A stretch of 64,000 bases of DNA from Emiliania huxleyi CCMP1516 (lineage: Eukaryota): the NCBI RefSeq assembly GCF_000372725.1, contig NW_005201213.1, forward strand, positions 186,001 through 250,000. Direction: 5' to 3'. Positions 27,021 to 39,925 of this stretch are shown in pieces (the first letter of the stretch is position 1; each line of letters starts with the position of its first letter). The position numbers and the translations under genes are program-made. Below the pieces are notes generated by a model. The model ran no database searches. It worked only from the letters and a program-made list of their open reading frames with translations, and had not been told where the DNA came from.

Positions 27021-30000
27021 ATGCTCACCATGTTGCTCGCTCCTCTCGGCATCTCCTCGTTTCCGTCCTCGCCGCCTCCCTTCGCCCCGCCGCCGGCCTC
27101 GCCGTCGCCACCGCTGCCGCCGCCGCCGCCGCTGATTCCCGGTGGAGCCCACGGCGCAGCGGCGCTGTGCGGCTACCTCGAGGCGGTGCCGTACCCAGGA
27201 TGGGAATCGTACTCGGGCGTGCAGCTGCACGACACTCGATACAACCTCTCGAGCCCAAGGGCCATCGAGGCTGGCTGTGCAGCCTACGACGCCGGGGCTG
27301 CGGAGATGGTGATCGCGAACTGCAACACCAACGGCGACGGCTCAGTCTTCGTGTACCGTGCGTCGAAGGATGCCTACTGCGTGGACCCGAACGTGCCGTC
27401 GCCGCCGCCGCCTATGGTGCCGCCGTCTGGGGCAAACGCGCTTGGGCCTGATTATGAACGCGGGCTTCTGGTGGTGCGCACGTTGTGCCGCACTCTCAAC
27501 CCACACCCCCGTCCTTCTTGACCTCCCACACACCCACTCATAGCCTTCTTTCTCCCTTCCCACCAACCCTCACCCTCTCAGCGCCCTGCACACACAGCGC
27601 GCTGCCATGTTCGGCATTCTCGCAACCATGGCAGGTGCGCGTGCTGCTGACGGACCTCGACGAGGATTACTTCGCGCGGCGTGGCTTCAGCGAGGCGGAC
27701 GTGCGCGAGCTGACGTGGACCGGCCGCGGCCAAGTGAGTGACACGCCGTTCACGTCGCTGGCCGCCGTCTTCGCCGCGTCGACATACAACAAGATCACCT
27801 TCCCCGAGGCCAAAGGACGCATCGCTACCGTGAGCCTCGATGTGAGCAGTGCCGACCTCGACGGTGGTGCAAGCTGCAATGAGGCCGAGGCGCGCTCGCG
27901 TGCAGACGACGCACTGGAGGCGCTGGGCGTGAGCAAGAGCGCGTACCAGCACGTCGAGTACGCGTTGCCAGACAACGGCTGGATGGCGGGGTGCCCATGG
28001 GGTGCGTACTCGAACGTGTGCGGCGATACCAACTGGGCGCGAGCCAACGGCAACCCGCCCGCGATGGGCTCTTGCCGCACGGTGATCCGGATCGGCAACA
28101 GCTTCAGCTTCGCGAGCGTCGACCACGCGGGGCGGCTGCACGAGCTGGGCCACTCGCTCGGCATCCGAGGCCACGGCGCGACGCCCAGCCCCGCCTCGCA
28201 GTTCAGCGACGGCTACATGCACGATGACGCCATGTCCGCCGGCGGGTACACACACTTTACGCCGGCGCACCAGCTCATAATGGGCGTCGTCGACCTGCAG
28301 CACGTGCTCGTGTGGGCCGGCACCGAGCTGGTGGTGCCGTTGCAGGACGCGGCACGCCTGCCCGACGCCGGTCAGTTCACCGCGCTGGCGGTGCGCGCCA
28401 AGAGCGGCGGCAAGCTTCTCTCGTACCGGGCGGGCGTGGAGCTCTTCGAGTCTCGCAACCAAGTCGTGGGCGGCGCCAACGGCAAGGTGTTGGTGCAGTC
28501 GATTCTGCACGACGAGTTTGCGGGCGAGGCGCTGCTGGCGGCCGGCGAGTCGCATGGGGTCGAGCTGGACGCGTCATCAGGCGGGGCGTCGCTCACCGTG
28601 CTGGTGTGCAGCGTGGGCAGCCGCGCCGCAACGCTCGTCGTCACCTCTAAGCCCGCTGCCGACGCGCAAGCCGCGTGCGCCGCCGGCGTCAGGCCACCGC
28701 CGGCAGCAAGCCACAACTTCGTCATGTCCGACCTGTGCAGCGCGCGCGTCCAGCTCCCCGGTGGAATGAAGGCCATGGGCGCGTCGTGTGAGGGCGCGGA
28801 CCAGGGCACGTACCTTGGCGTCTTCGACTCGGCGGCGGAGTGCGCGCCGGCCGCGGCCGAGGCCTCATGCGCGCTGTACATGTTCGCCCCCAAGGCGCCT
28901 GGCTGGGGCTGCCGCTGCTGCGAGCGCGTGACGCAGGACCACTCAAGCTGGGACATTTGGCATGCGGACCCGAGCGTAGCGCCGGCGGCGGAGCAGCCGT
29001 TTGTGGACGAGTGGCGTTGCCAGGTGGCGAACCTTTGGAAGGAGGGCAGCCCCACGGCGCCACCCTCCGTGCTGCCCGCACCGGACACCTCGGCGTACGA
29101 CCACATCAGCTGCGACCTCGATGGCGACGGCGCCGCCGACAGCACGTGGGTGCGCGGCCAGGTGCGCCAGCTGCGCAACTGCCAGCTGGGCGCGGCGCAC
29201 TCCGATGCGGTGGCCGGGTGGAGCGAGTGTGACCTGCACGGCGGGCGCGGCCGCGGCGCCAACCGATGCCACGTGCCAAGCGCAGCGCTGGCGATGCAAA
29301 TCTGCAGCGCGCACGCCGACTGTGTGGGCGTGCAGCGCGATGCCGACGGACACGAGCCTCGTGCCTCGCATGAGCTGGGCTACGGCTCCAACGTGGTGGA
29401 GGCGTGGCTGAAGGGATCCGCGCAATTCGGGCCGTCTCACCTGCTGTCGACCTCGCCGCCGTCGCCCTCGCCGCCGCCGTCGCCGCCGCTTACTAAGTGC
29501 ATCGCGGCGACGTGTGTCTCACCGCTGCCGCCGCCGCCTCCCTCCGCCTCGCCGCCGGCCTCGCCGTTGCCGCCGTCTTCGCCATGCATGGATCTTCCGG
29601 GCGCATCTGTAGCTACTTGGTTCGACGGCACTAACGGGTGTGACGCTTACTCAGCCAACGGCTGGTGTGAAGCCTATGGCAATACTGATTACATTGGCGA
29701 GGGCACGGCCAACGACAAGTGCTGCGTGTGTGGGGGCGGGGTAACAGCGCCCTCTCTGCTGTTGCCACCGCTGCCGCCGCCGCCGCCGCTGATTCCCGGT
29801 GGAGCCCACGGCGCAGCGGCGCTATGCGGCTACCTCGAGGCGGTGCCGTACCCAGGATGGGAATCGTACTCGGGCGTGCAGCTGCACGACACTCGATACA
29901 ACCTCTCGAGCCCAAGGGCCATCGAGGCTGGCTGTGCAGCCTACGACGCCGGGGCTGCGGAGATGGTGATCGCGAACTGCAACACCAACGGCGACGGCTC

Positions 30001-33000
30001 GGTCTTCGTGTACCGTGCGTCGAAGGATGCCTACTGCTGCGGCGATGCGACCAACTGGGGGTACGCCTGGGCACCCAAGTGCATCGCGGCGACGTGTGTC
30101 TCACCGCTGCCGCCGCCGCCTCCCTCCGCCTCGCCGCCGGCCTCGCCGTCGCCACCGCTGCCGCTGCCGCTGTCGCCGCCGACCTTGCCGACACCGCCGA
30201 TGCCGTCGCCCTCGCCACCCTCGTCGCCGCCATCGCCTCGGCGCCCGCCTGCGGAACCAGCCATGATCAGCCCTGATGCGACGCAGATCTACGTGCGCGT
30301 GAACCCGACGGCCTGCAAAGGCTCCGGCACCGGCGTGTACTCCAGGACTACGTCCAACTACCGTGACACCGGCAAGCCGCGGTATGAGTTCCGCGATGAC
30401 TACACCGTCACCTCCATACAGCGGCAGTACACTCTGTCTGTCTACTGGTCGGACGGGAGTGGGAGTAGCTCCCACCCCAACGGAGCGTGGGTCCACGACG
30501 GGCCAGGCTGCCAGGCGCTGAACACGGCTGACACCGGCTTGGCGGGCGTGCCGACAGCGAACTGGCAGTGGGAAGTCTTGGGCATCTCGGCGACGGCGCC
30601 TCTACCGTCGCCGCCCTCGTCGCCGCCATTGCCTCGGCGCCCGCCCTCGCCGCCGCCGCCGTCCACCTCGCCGCCAGGATCCTGCCAATTTCTCGACGGG
30701 GCTCCCTGTAATGAAAACTGGTACAACGGGGATTCTGGTTGCAGTAGCTACACTCACGAGCAGTGTACTTCGAATGGCTTTTGCTGCGAGTGGGTAACGC
30801 CGTCAACACCGCCGCCGTCGCCGCCCCCGTCGCCTCGCTCACTGCTGTCGCCTGCGCCACACCAGCCGCCGCCACCAGTGCCGCCGCCAGGGTGGCCCGC
30901 TCGGCCGCCGTCCGCCTCGCGCTCGCCGCCGCCTCCCTCCGCCTCCCCGTCGCCGCCGCCGCCGCTGATCCCCGGTGGAGCCCACGGCGCAGCGGCGCTG
31001 TGCGGCTACCTCGAGGCGGTGCCGTACCCAGGATGGGAATCGTACTCGGGCGTGCAGCTGCACGACACTCGATACAACCTCTCGAGCCCAAGGGCCATCG
31101 AGGCTGGCTGTGCAGCCTACGACGCCGGGGCTGCGGAGATGGTGATCGCGAACTGCAACACCAACGGCGACGGCTCAGTCTTCGTGTACCGTGCGTCGAA
31201 GGATGCCTACTGCTGCGGCGATGCGACCAACTGGGGGTACGCCTGGGCACCCAAGTGCATCGCGGCGACGTGTGTCTCACCGCTGCCGCCGCCGCCTCCC
31301 TCCGCCTCGCCGCCGGCCTCGCTGCCGCCGCTGGTCCCCGGTGGAGCCCACGGCGCAGCGGCGCTGTGCGGCTACCTCGAGGCGGTGCCGTACCCAGGAT
31401 GGGAATCGTACTCGGGCGTGCAGCTGCACGACACTCGATACAACCTCTCGAGCCCAAGGGCCATCGAGGCTGGCTGTGCAGCCTACGACGCCGGGGCTGC
31501 GGAGATGGTGATCGCGAACTGCAACACCAACGGCGACGGCTCGGTCTTCGTGTACCGTGCGTCGAAGGATGCCTACTGCTGCGGCGATGCGACCAACTGG
31601 GGGTACGCCTGGGCACCCAAGTGCATCGCGGCGACGTGTGTCTCACCGCTGCCGCCGCCGCCTCCCTCCGCCTCGCCGCCGGCCTCGCCGTCGCCACCGC
31701 TGCCGCTGCCGCTGTCGCCGCCGACCTTGCCGACACCGCCGCCGGCCCCGCCGTCGCCACCCTCGTCGCCGCCACCGTCTGTGGCCCCGTGCTACACCAA
31801 AGACGGAGCTTGCATCTGCAACATGTCAGGCGAGGACGCTTGCGTCGCCCCTGCCTTGGAGGGCGGCGGCCAGTGCAGCGCCACGGACCCCTGCTTGGCA
31901 AATGACCGGGCGTCCTGCCCCAGCGGCTGCCGGTGGGAGTCGCTCAGCTACATGGATCGGGTGTGCTCCATCAACAAGTGCGTCGAGCCGTTGCCGCCAC
32001 CGCCGCCACCCTCCTCTACGCCGACGCCGCCGCCGCCTCCGCCGCCGCGTCAACCATCCTCACCGCCACCAGCGCCGCCGCCGCCGCCACGGGCGCCTCC
32101 ACCACCCTTGTGTTCCGACCCAGCTCCGTCGGGTTACAATCAGCCCGGGACGAACTGCCAGTACCACTGCCCGCAATGCGCTGCACCGTATTACGACTGT
32201 GGGTGCTGCTACATATTCTACTCAAGTTGCGGCATGGGGGAATGCTCTTCGTTCAAGTGTCAACCATCCTCACCGCCACCAGCGCCGCCGCCGCCGCCAC
32301 GGGCGCCTCCACCACCCTTGTGTTCCGACCCAGCTCCGTCGGGTTACAATCAGCCCGGGACGAACTGCCAGTACCACTGCCCGCAATGCGCTGCACCGTA
32401 TTACGACTGTGGGTGCTGCTACATATTCTACTCAAGTTGCGGCATGGGGGAATGCTCTTCGTTCAAGTGTCAACCATCCTCACCGCCACTCTTTTCACCC
32501 GCGTCGCCGCCCCCGTCGCCGCCAAGGAAGGCCGTCTCAAAATACTTGGCTACGCTCGACGTGAGCACGGTCCCCTTCAGCAAGGAGCCGGTGACCGTCG
32601 ATGCCATCATCAAGGCGATCACCGCAGGCATCGTCAGCCAGAGTGAGCCAGCGCAGCTGTCCATCGACGTGCTCCAGCAGTTCGTCGTGGTCGCCTGGCA
32701 GAATGACCTGGCCGATGATGAACTCGAGGCGGCCCTGTGCCGCGCAGACGACGACTACGACCCGAATGGATGCAGCGCTACACGGATCGCGGCGGCGCCG
32801 CCATCCCCGCCGCCAGCGACGCCACCAGGGCCGCCGCCAGCGACGCCATCGCCGCCAGGGCAGCCGCCAGCGACGCCATCGCCGCCAGGGCAGCCGCCGC
32901 AACCACTGACGCCACCAGCGCAGCCGCCACCAGCGAAGCTGCCACCAGCGCAGCCGCCACAAGACAGCCGGCGCTTGCTCTCCATCTCCCGGCGGCGAGC

Positions 33001-33901
33001 ACTCAGTGTCGCGGGTGGCGCCCAGTGGGTCATGCGGGCGAGGCTGGTGAACACCTCGCACACGATCTCCCAGCCTCCCGACCTGGGTGATTTGGCCGAG
33101 GCGGTGACGCTGGACGCGGTGATCATCGAGATCGAGACGTTGGTCCTGCCTTCGTCGCCGGACAGCCTTGTCGACGACGCAAGAGATAGCGGCAGGATCA
33201 GCACAGAGGTGGTGCCGGGCGTGCTGGCGGCCCTACTAGACCTCTCCAACTTGACCAACGCCACCGACCCATTCAGCTTCATCACCAATGCCACCACCTA
33301 CCTCTTCCCGCCAGCCCCGCCGCCGTCGCCGCCGTCGCCGCCACCCGCACCGCCGTCGCCGCCGTCGCCGCCACCCGCACCGCCGATGCTGCCTCCGCCT
33401 CCGCCTCTGCCTCCGTCGCTGCCAAGTCCGCCGGCGCTGCCGCCCACGGTGCCCGCCCCGCCGCCGCCCTCGCCCCCGCCTCCAGCACCGCCGCCGCCCC
33501 CCATGGTCTTGGCTCAGCTGGGCGAGACGTGCGAAGGCTTCGACGAGAGCACTGGCAAGCCCTTCCCATCCTGTGCACCGGGACTGGTGTGTGTGCCGTT
33601 GTCGATCGGCATGCTATCGATTCCTGGCGCCGGCAGCACGTGCCAGGCTGAGCCGAAGCCGACCGAGGGAGGGGGCTCTGCGGTGATTGCCGTGGCGGCG
33701 ATCGCGGCTGGAGTGGCCCTTCTCGCAGTCCTCGGCGGGGCCTGTATGTGCTGCAAGAAGAAGAGCCGCGTGCTGCCGTATCGTCGTGCATCCGTGGCCG
33801 ACGTGGCAACCCCCAGGACGTCAAAGAGCGGGGCCCCAAATCCCCCCTTGTGGCGTCCCCAAAATTTCGAAGGCGCGCCCAATCGCGCGGGGGTCACGTG
33901 A
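27021..33901 (+). CDS. Large type-I membrane metzincin (gametolysin/M11-like) peptidase with Pro-rich linkers and repeated Cys-rich modules
   Basis: Hydrophobic N-terminus, intron 27474-27634, HELGHSLGIRGH plus DAMS Met-turn, PAN-like segments, and a TM helix followed by CCKKK. Confidence 0.75.
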
Positions 33902-34577
33902 CCTCTGTAAACGCGGAGTCCAAAAGGTGTGACACCCCCCCCCCCCCCCCCGCCGCCGCCGCACACACAACTGGCACTCGCGCCCCTCCCTGTCCACTGT
34001 CATGTCCTCAGCATGGGACGGCAGTCTTGCCTCCCACGACCCACAGTACCCGGCATGTGTGTGTGCACTAGCGCATGGAGAGAGAGACGAGTTACGTTGT
34101 CGTGGGGTCAACTTATGTTTTCTACGCTAGACTTGAGGATGAGCGAGATCACAGCGGCCCCCGGCTATTCACAGAAGGTTGATAACAACAAGAATGCGCG
34201 CTGAGATGAGTGCCGCGAGGCGCGGCCGGGGATGACGGTAAAGTGCCAAGACGGCGCCCGTTTTGGCGTAGTTTGTTGAATTCCGCTTACCCGGCGTAAT
34301 TCGTCGATTTCCGCACCTCTTCGGCAGCGCTCGCACGCCCTCGCGTCAAAACACCATCATGTCGCCCTTTCGGGTGACAGCAAGCAATTTTGCGGGTATA
34401 CCTGCAAAAATCCGGGTATACCCGGGTAATACCCGTACTTTTGCATGGCTTCGCCTCCTGGGACCACACCCACAGCCGCTTCACTAATCAACACTCCGCA
34501 TACCACTTTCGCATATACCACTATACCAAGTTAATCAAAATATCACCAAATACCGGTCTCATACCGGTAAAGTTCGA

Positions 34578-35033
34578 GCACTGCGGCACGCCCGCCTCCG
34601 TTGGCCACTCCTACGTACGCCTTCGGCAGCACCGAGGAGAAGGCCCGCCGCCTGAACATGGGCTGCAAGGCGCGCGGGCAGCCCGGCCAACCCTTCTCCC
34701 ACAAGACCAGCCACGGCTACGTCAAGGCGCATCGCGGTTTCTAACCACGACGCGATCTTTGTCAAGCGCAACAACTTCAACCTGCTGCTCCACGAGACGT
34801 TCGGCGGCGGCTTCTCGCCCACCGCTGTTCTCAAGCTGCGCCGCCTCGCGCGCAAGGTCGCGCGCGGCAGCGTCGACCGCACCCACGGCCTACTCGCCCA
34901 AGTACTCGCTCTCTTTTATGTCCCACCATCCAGAGCGCATCTCTCTCTCTGTTGTGCGAGGCGTGAACTAACCCATTCGCTCTCACCTGGCAACCCTGTG
35001 TGTGCACGTCTCGCGCGCGCGTGAACAGGGCCC
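34578..35033 (+). mobile_element. CRE-like non-LTR retroelement 3' fragment, frameshifted
   Basis: Inverted homolog of 26404-26715 that extends further 5' (AFGSTEEKARR...GYVKAHRG). Confidence 0.65.
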
Positions 35034-35180
35034 GCACTGCTATCAAATCGGTGTCATGCATATGATACCAGGTCACAGGTATGGGTTCGGCACCGCAGAT
35101 CACACCTTTTTCAGTGTACTCTCTCTCTCAGTGTACGTACTTTTAGCTAACTGGGAGAAAGAAAAGGGACTGGGTCGTGT

Positions 35181-35282
35181 GGAGATGCATCCATTTTGGG
35201 TACCGGCGGATAGCAGGTGAACGCTAAGGTGCGGAGATGCATCCATTTTGGGTACCGGCGGATAGCAGGTGAACGCTAAGGT
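35181..35282. repeat. ~52-bp tandem duplication
   Basis: GGAGATGCATCCATTTTGGGTACCGGCGGATAGCAGGTGAACGCTAAGGTG occurs twice. Confidence 0.95.
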
Positions 35283-35885
35283 GGGTTTCGAACCCGTGAC
35301 AACGCCCGTCTGGGTTTTTTTGCGCCGAGTCGAACTGCGGGATTCGAACTCGAGACCCAATGCATTTTGCGACGATGTATCATTCACTTTAGAGTTTGTT
35401 TTTCACTTTATGCCACCCTGGATACAATGTCACTCTGCATCATATGCATGGATGGAGGGGGATGGGGATTCCATGATCCATGTGCGCCACGTACCACGCG
35501 ACCACGCGTTCGACTCCGCGGCGCGTCCGGTCCGGAGAGCCAGCCACCGACCCCGTCTCCCTCCCCTCCCCGGCCCCCTCCCCCTCCCCTCCGTCTCCCG
35601 CCAGAGTGCCTCACTCAGCAAAGCTGCTGGCCTGCTGCGGAGCACTCACGGGGGGCCGCCGGTCTCGAGGGGCCGGTCTTCTGGCCCAGCGAGGCCGCTG
35701 CGGGGCACCCGGCGGCTCGGGTCGCTTCTCAACGCAAACTCGGTCGAGCATTTTTGTGTCCGGCTCCAGAAAAAGAATTCGCGGCGTTTTGGAGCTGCGG
35801 TGGAGCCGAGGTCCGCTCACCGGCCTGCGCCCCCTTCGCCTCCACCCCCTTCTCCGCCGCCCTTCTCCCCCTTAACCGGCCTGGG

Positions 35886-37512
35886 ATGGCTCAGCGCGGG
35901 TCGTGGAATTCGTCGTGGGAGCCACGGCTCAGGACGCTTCCGCCTGATGAGCTCGCCGCGCTGGCTGCCAGCGCCTGCGAGGCCCACCCCGACATGGCAA
36001 GCCTCGCCAACACGCTGCTCGGCCCGCTCGTGGACCGGGACGGCGTCGTCAGCTCGCCCGACCTGGTCCCGTTGATCATCAAGCACGTGGAGTGCAACGG
36101 CCGGGTGCCGCGCGTCTGCTCCACCTGGCAAAAGGGCTGGGACCAACACCATCGCGGCAAGGGCTCGATGAAGAACGCCTCGTGCGAGAGACTGCCAGCG
36201 GCGGCGTTGGAGCAGGACGACTTCTTCGGCTCGGCTGGAGGATTCGTTTCGGATGTGGCCTCGGTGGGCGAGGGGCTGATCATATCGCGGGGGCCCGACG
36301 GGCAGGCCCTCCAGCTCGTGGACCAGAACATGGCCGTCAAAAGTGAGAAGAAAATGGACGCATCTAGCCTCCTCCACGCGACCGACCAAAGTGTGTTGAC
36401 CGCCGAGCCGGGCACGGGCGCCGTCACGGGCTGGCACTCCACCGCTCTCCGGCTCCGATCGCTGCCCGGCTTCGACCTGATTCGCGAGGTGCCTCTCGAA
36501 GCGCAAGTGGACGGCGGTCTGTCCCACTGCGACACCTTGCGAGCCGGGACTGTCGTCGACGGCCGCCTAATCTGCACTGTCGGCACGCCGGTCTTTGACG
36601 GGCCGCCGGGGGAGCTTTTCTTCCTGCGCGTCTACGACGCGGGCAGTCTCGCCTTCCAGCGCGCCATTCCTCTCGACTTCGCGCCCGCCTTCGGCGCCCT
36701 GGCGGTCAAGGGGGGTGAGGTTCGCGTCACTCTTCCACGCGCATCCACCTCCTGTCCCTCCGCCACCCTCGCCACCGCCTCCCTCCGCCCTCGCCGTTGC
36801 CTCCGCGCCTCCCGTTCCCCGTGCTTCACCACCGCCCAGCCAAGTCCCACCGCCAAGTCCCACCGCCTCCCTGCGTCCTTGGCCAGGCCTTCATCGGCTG
36901 CGCCGGCAATGAGAATGGCTTTGCCGTCCTCTCGCTGGCGAGCGGCGAGGTCGTGCGGCGGCGGCAGCACATCGGGCACCCGGGCGAGCCGGCCCTACGG
37001 CGCCTCCTCTTCCGCGGGCAGAAGCTGCTCGCCCTCTCCTCCGACCGGCTGCACGTCCTCTCGGTGAGATGAGCCGAGATCGCCCGAGATTGCCCGAGAT
37101 TGCCCGAGAACGCCCTCTCCAGGCTGCACGCCCTCTCTGCCACCCCCCAGACACCCACACGCGCCCTGACTACCCCGCCCCGCCTCACACACGGCTGTGG
37201 CACCTGAGCCCGATCGGCCGGGTGCGTGTGAGGAGGGGTGGGTGGGGTGGGGTGCAACGTCCGAGTGAGGCATGTCCAACGTGCTCTCCTCCCTCCTTCA
37301 TCCACCCCCCCCCCCCCTCACTTCCCCAGGCTGCCGCGCCGTACCCGCTCGTGCAGACGCTGCGGCTCGTGGGCCCCGAGGGCGCCGCGGGGGTGGTGGC
37401 GACGAGCGCGAGCCTCTCCGGCAACCGGCTGCTGGTCGGGGTGTCAGCGGGCTATCACTTCCCGGGTGTGGTGGTCGGCTGCCCCACGCTGCTCGCCTTT
37501 GAGGACTACTAG
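35886..37512 (+). CDS. F-box-like N-terminus plus probable beta-propeller, 3 exons
   Basis: SPDLVPLIIKHV...RVCSTW F-box-like segment with a beta-rich remainder. GT-AG introns at ~36720-36886 and ~37064-37329. Confidence 0.55.
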
Positions 37513-38404
37513 TGCCTGCACGCAGCGTGGGGCCCGCTTGCACGCATCGGGGCCCGCCTACTCCACATGCACGTGCATGCACATGCACATGTGCATGAGA
37601 GCGACAGGGCTGGCCCCTACTAGGGCGGAAGGATCCCAATGGACTCCGCGCGCGGCGCGGGCGGGCGGGGCCCGGCGCCGCCCGGGCATGCGCATCAATC
37701 GCACATCGGGGGCGGGATCGATCATATACTTATGTTTCCCGTGCGTGGGCGGCCGGACTTTCGGCGCGTTTGGGGGGGGGGGATTGAAAACCATCCGGAC
37801 GCGCCCCCCCGCGCCCCGCCCCCCGGCACAGCCACACCGCTCGCACACGCCGCAGCATTCCCAGCCGAAGGTCCGGTTTGGAAGCCAAAGACCCACAATC
37901 AGAACGGGCCCTTCTGCCATTCGGCGCGTCTCGGTCGGCCGTGGTTATGTGTTTGTTAGCGAGAAAAAGGCGTCGTAACGGTTCCCAGGTGACCTGCCAT
38001 GATGCCGGGGGCTCTCATTTGCGCGACCCCGCGCGCCCCTAAAGCTCCGCGGCGTGGCCTCCGCAGGCGCTCCCCTCGCCTCGAGGCAGTCGCGAGGAAC
38101 GGCAATGGTGAATCCGAACTCGAGGGACGCGCGAGGTTGGCCGAGAGCAACAGCGACAAATGTCAACGCGCTCGCCTCCACCGCCGCGAGTTTCGGGAGA
38201 GGCGGCGGCGGCAAACCGCCGCCGCCTCTCTCCTCCTCTGCCAATGCCGCCGCCAACCAGCCAGCCGCCGCCTTCGCAGCCACCGCCGCCCTCACTCCGA
38301 GCTCGCAGCCCGCCCGCCCGCCCGCCCGCCGCCTCTCCCCCACCGTCCAATTCCACCGCCCACAGCCCGCCACCCTCACGGCCGCGCCTCCCCCGCCACG
38401 CCGC

Positions 38405-38850
38405 GCCCAGTTTTCATTGTGCTTGCAGAGCTTCTCGTATGCATAGGGATACTGGCCACAGACCAAGTCGTTGCTCTGCATGTAGTTATTGCGCTCGTCC
38501 GTGCACTCTGTGCAGGCCTTGGGAGGCGGCAACGGCATGGGTGGAGGCGGCGCTGCAACCTTGCACTTCTCCTTCGTGCTGCTCCACTTGCATCCGCTAG
38601 TGGCTTTGCAACTCTGCTTGTCGGTCACGTCCTTGCAGGAAGGCAACGGCGTGGGTGGAGGCGGCGCGGCGCAGCACACGTCGGACGTCGCCGTCGTAGC
38701 CCGCTCCGTTCGCATAGCACGAGCGCTGGCAGAACCTCTTCTGCACCCAGTTTTCATTGTGCTTGCAGAGCTTCTCGTATGCATAGGGATACTGGCCACA
38801 GACCAAGTCGTTGCTCTGCATGTAGCTGTTGCGCTCGTCCCGTGCACTCG
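38405..38850 (-). pseudogene. Truncated secreted-protein fragment with a duplicated Cys-rich module
   Basis: DERN.YMQSNDLVCGQYPYAYEKLCKHNENW occurs twice (~38405-38507, ~38745-38849). It is frameshifted and the second copy is cut off. Confidence 0.6.
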
Positions 38851-39925
38851 AAGCGTGCAAGTTGCTCGGAAGTGCGCCTTCTCACAAGCGATAAATCAGC
38901 GATAAATTCGACGCCAATCATGATTGGCCCACTAGAGGCGGGTGATGGCTCTGCTGCCGCCGCATGAAGCAATGGCGCCTTCGATAGTCTGCTACTTGCG
39001 GTCACGGTCACAAGGGAGGAAACGATGAGCAGCATGCGCGCCTTCGGTGATGGCTCGGGCGAGCACCGCGGCACGGAATCGCTTCCCGTGGTAGTTTCTT
39101 GTTGGAAAGACCGCCGTGGAGTAAATAAGGGAGTTACGTCGTGAAATTCTCTTATGTACACCTTAGAGCCCAATCCGAATAGTTGGTTGCGCGATGGTGG
39201 ACCTACATGTACATGTACCTGGTGGTTGTGGTTGGTGTGTGGCTCGCTCGGGAAGTGTTGCGAACGAACGAATGAACTCACCATGTTGATTCCCAAAATT
39301 CCCTTACTCAATCTAACTTACCATGTTGATGTGACAGCATGAGCCCGTATTATACATCCACTCCCACCACCAGGACCAGCTGGCCGCGGGCGTACTGCAC
39401 ACCACTCGACACGCGAGAGACTAAATCCCACAGACACTTTTCGACCGACACGACAGCTGACGCCTTTTGCAGCCTCATGGTGGACGCGGCGTATACGTCC
39501 GGGCTACTGCGACATTGAAGCTCCAGCCCTCCCGCTGTGCGGCGGCGGCGGCGCTGACGCCGGGGCGCGCAGGCGACTTCAGGCGCGCGCACGTCGGGTG
39601 GTAGGAGCTCGCGTCCACTCCGGACCTGGCCGCTCTCGGTCCTGCAGGTGCGCACCAGCTCGAGAGCAATATGCTACCAGGTCACAGTATGGGTTCGCAA
39701 TATGCGAGAACTCGGCCAGTCACGTGCGACGACGGTGGGACTCACCTTGCTCCGAGTTCAGTGTGTCTATCTAGACGACCCTTGCGCGTCCTGTGCGAGT
39801 CACGCAGCGCGAGTCACTGTACAAGCCCGCATGATGCGACTTGATGCTTGAAATGGCGACGACACTTAGAGTGCCAATCTGAGTGCCCGCTTAAAGTGCC
39901 CATGAACTAGCACCCCCTACCCGGG

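Noticed and set aside
35280..35360. tRNA gene
   Set aside because: Only T-loop-like motifs; no cloverleaf could be built.
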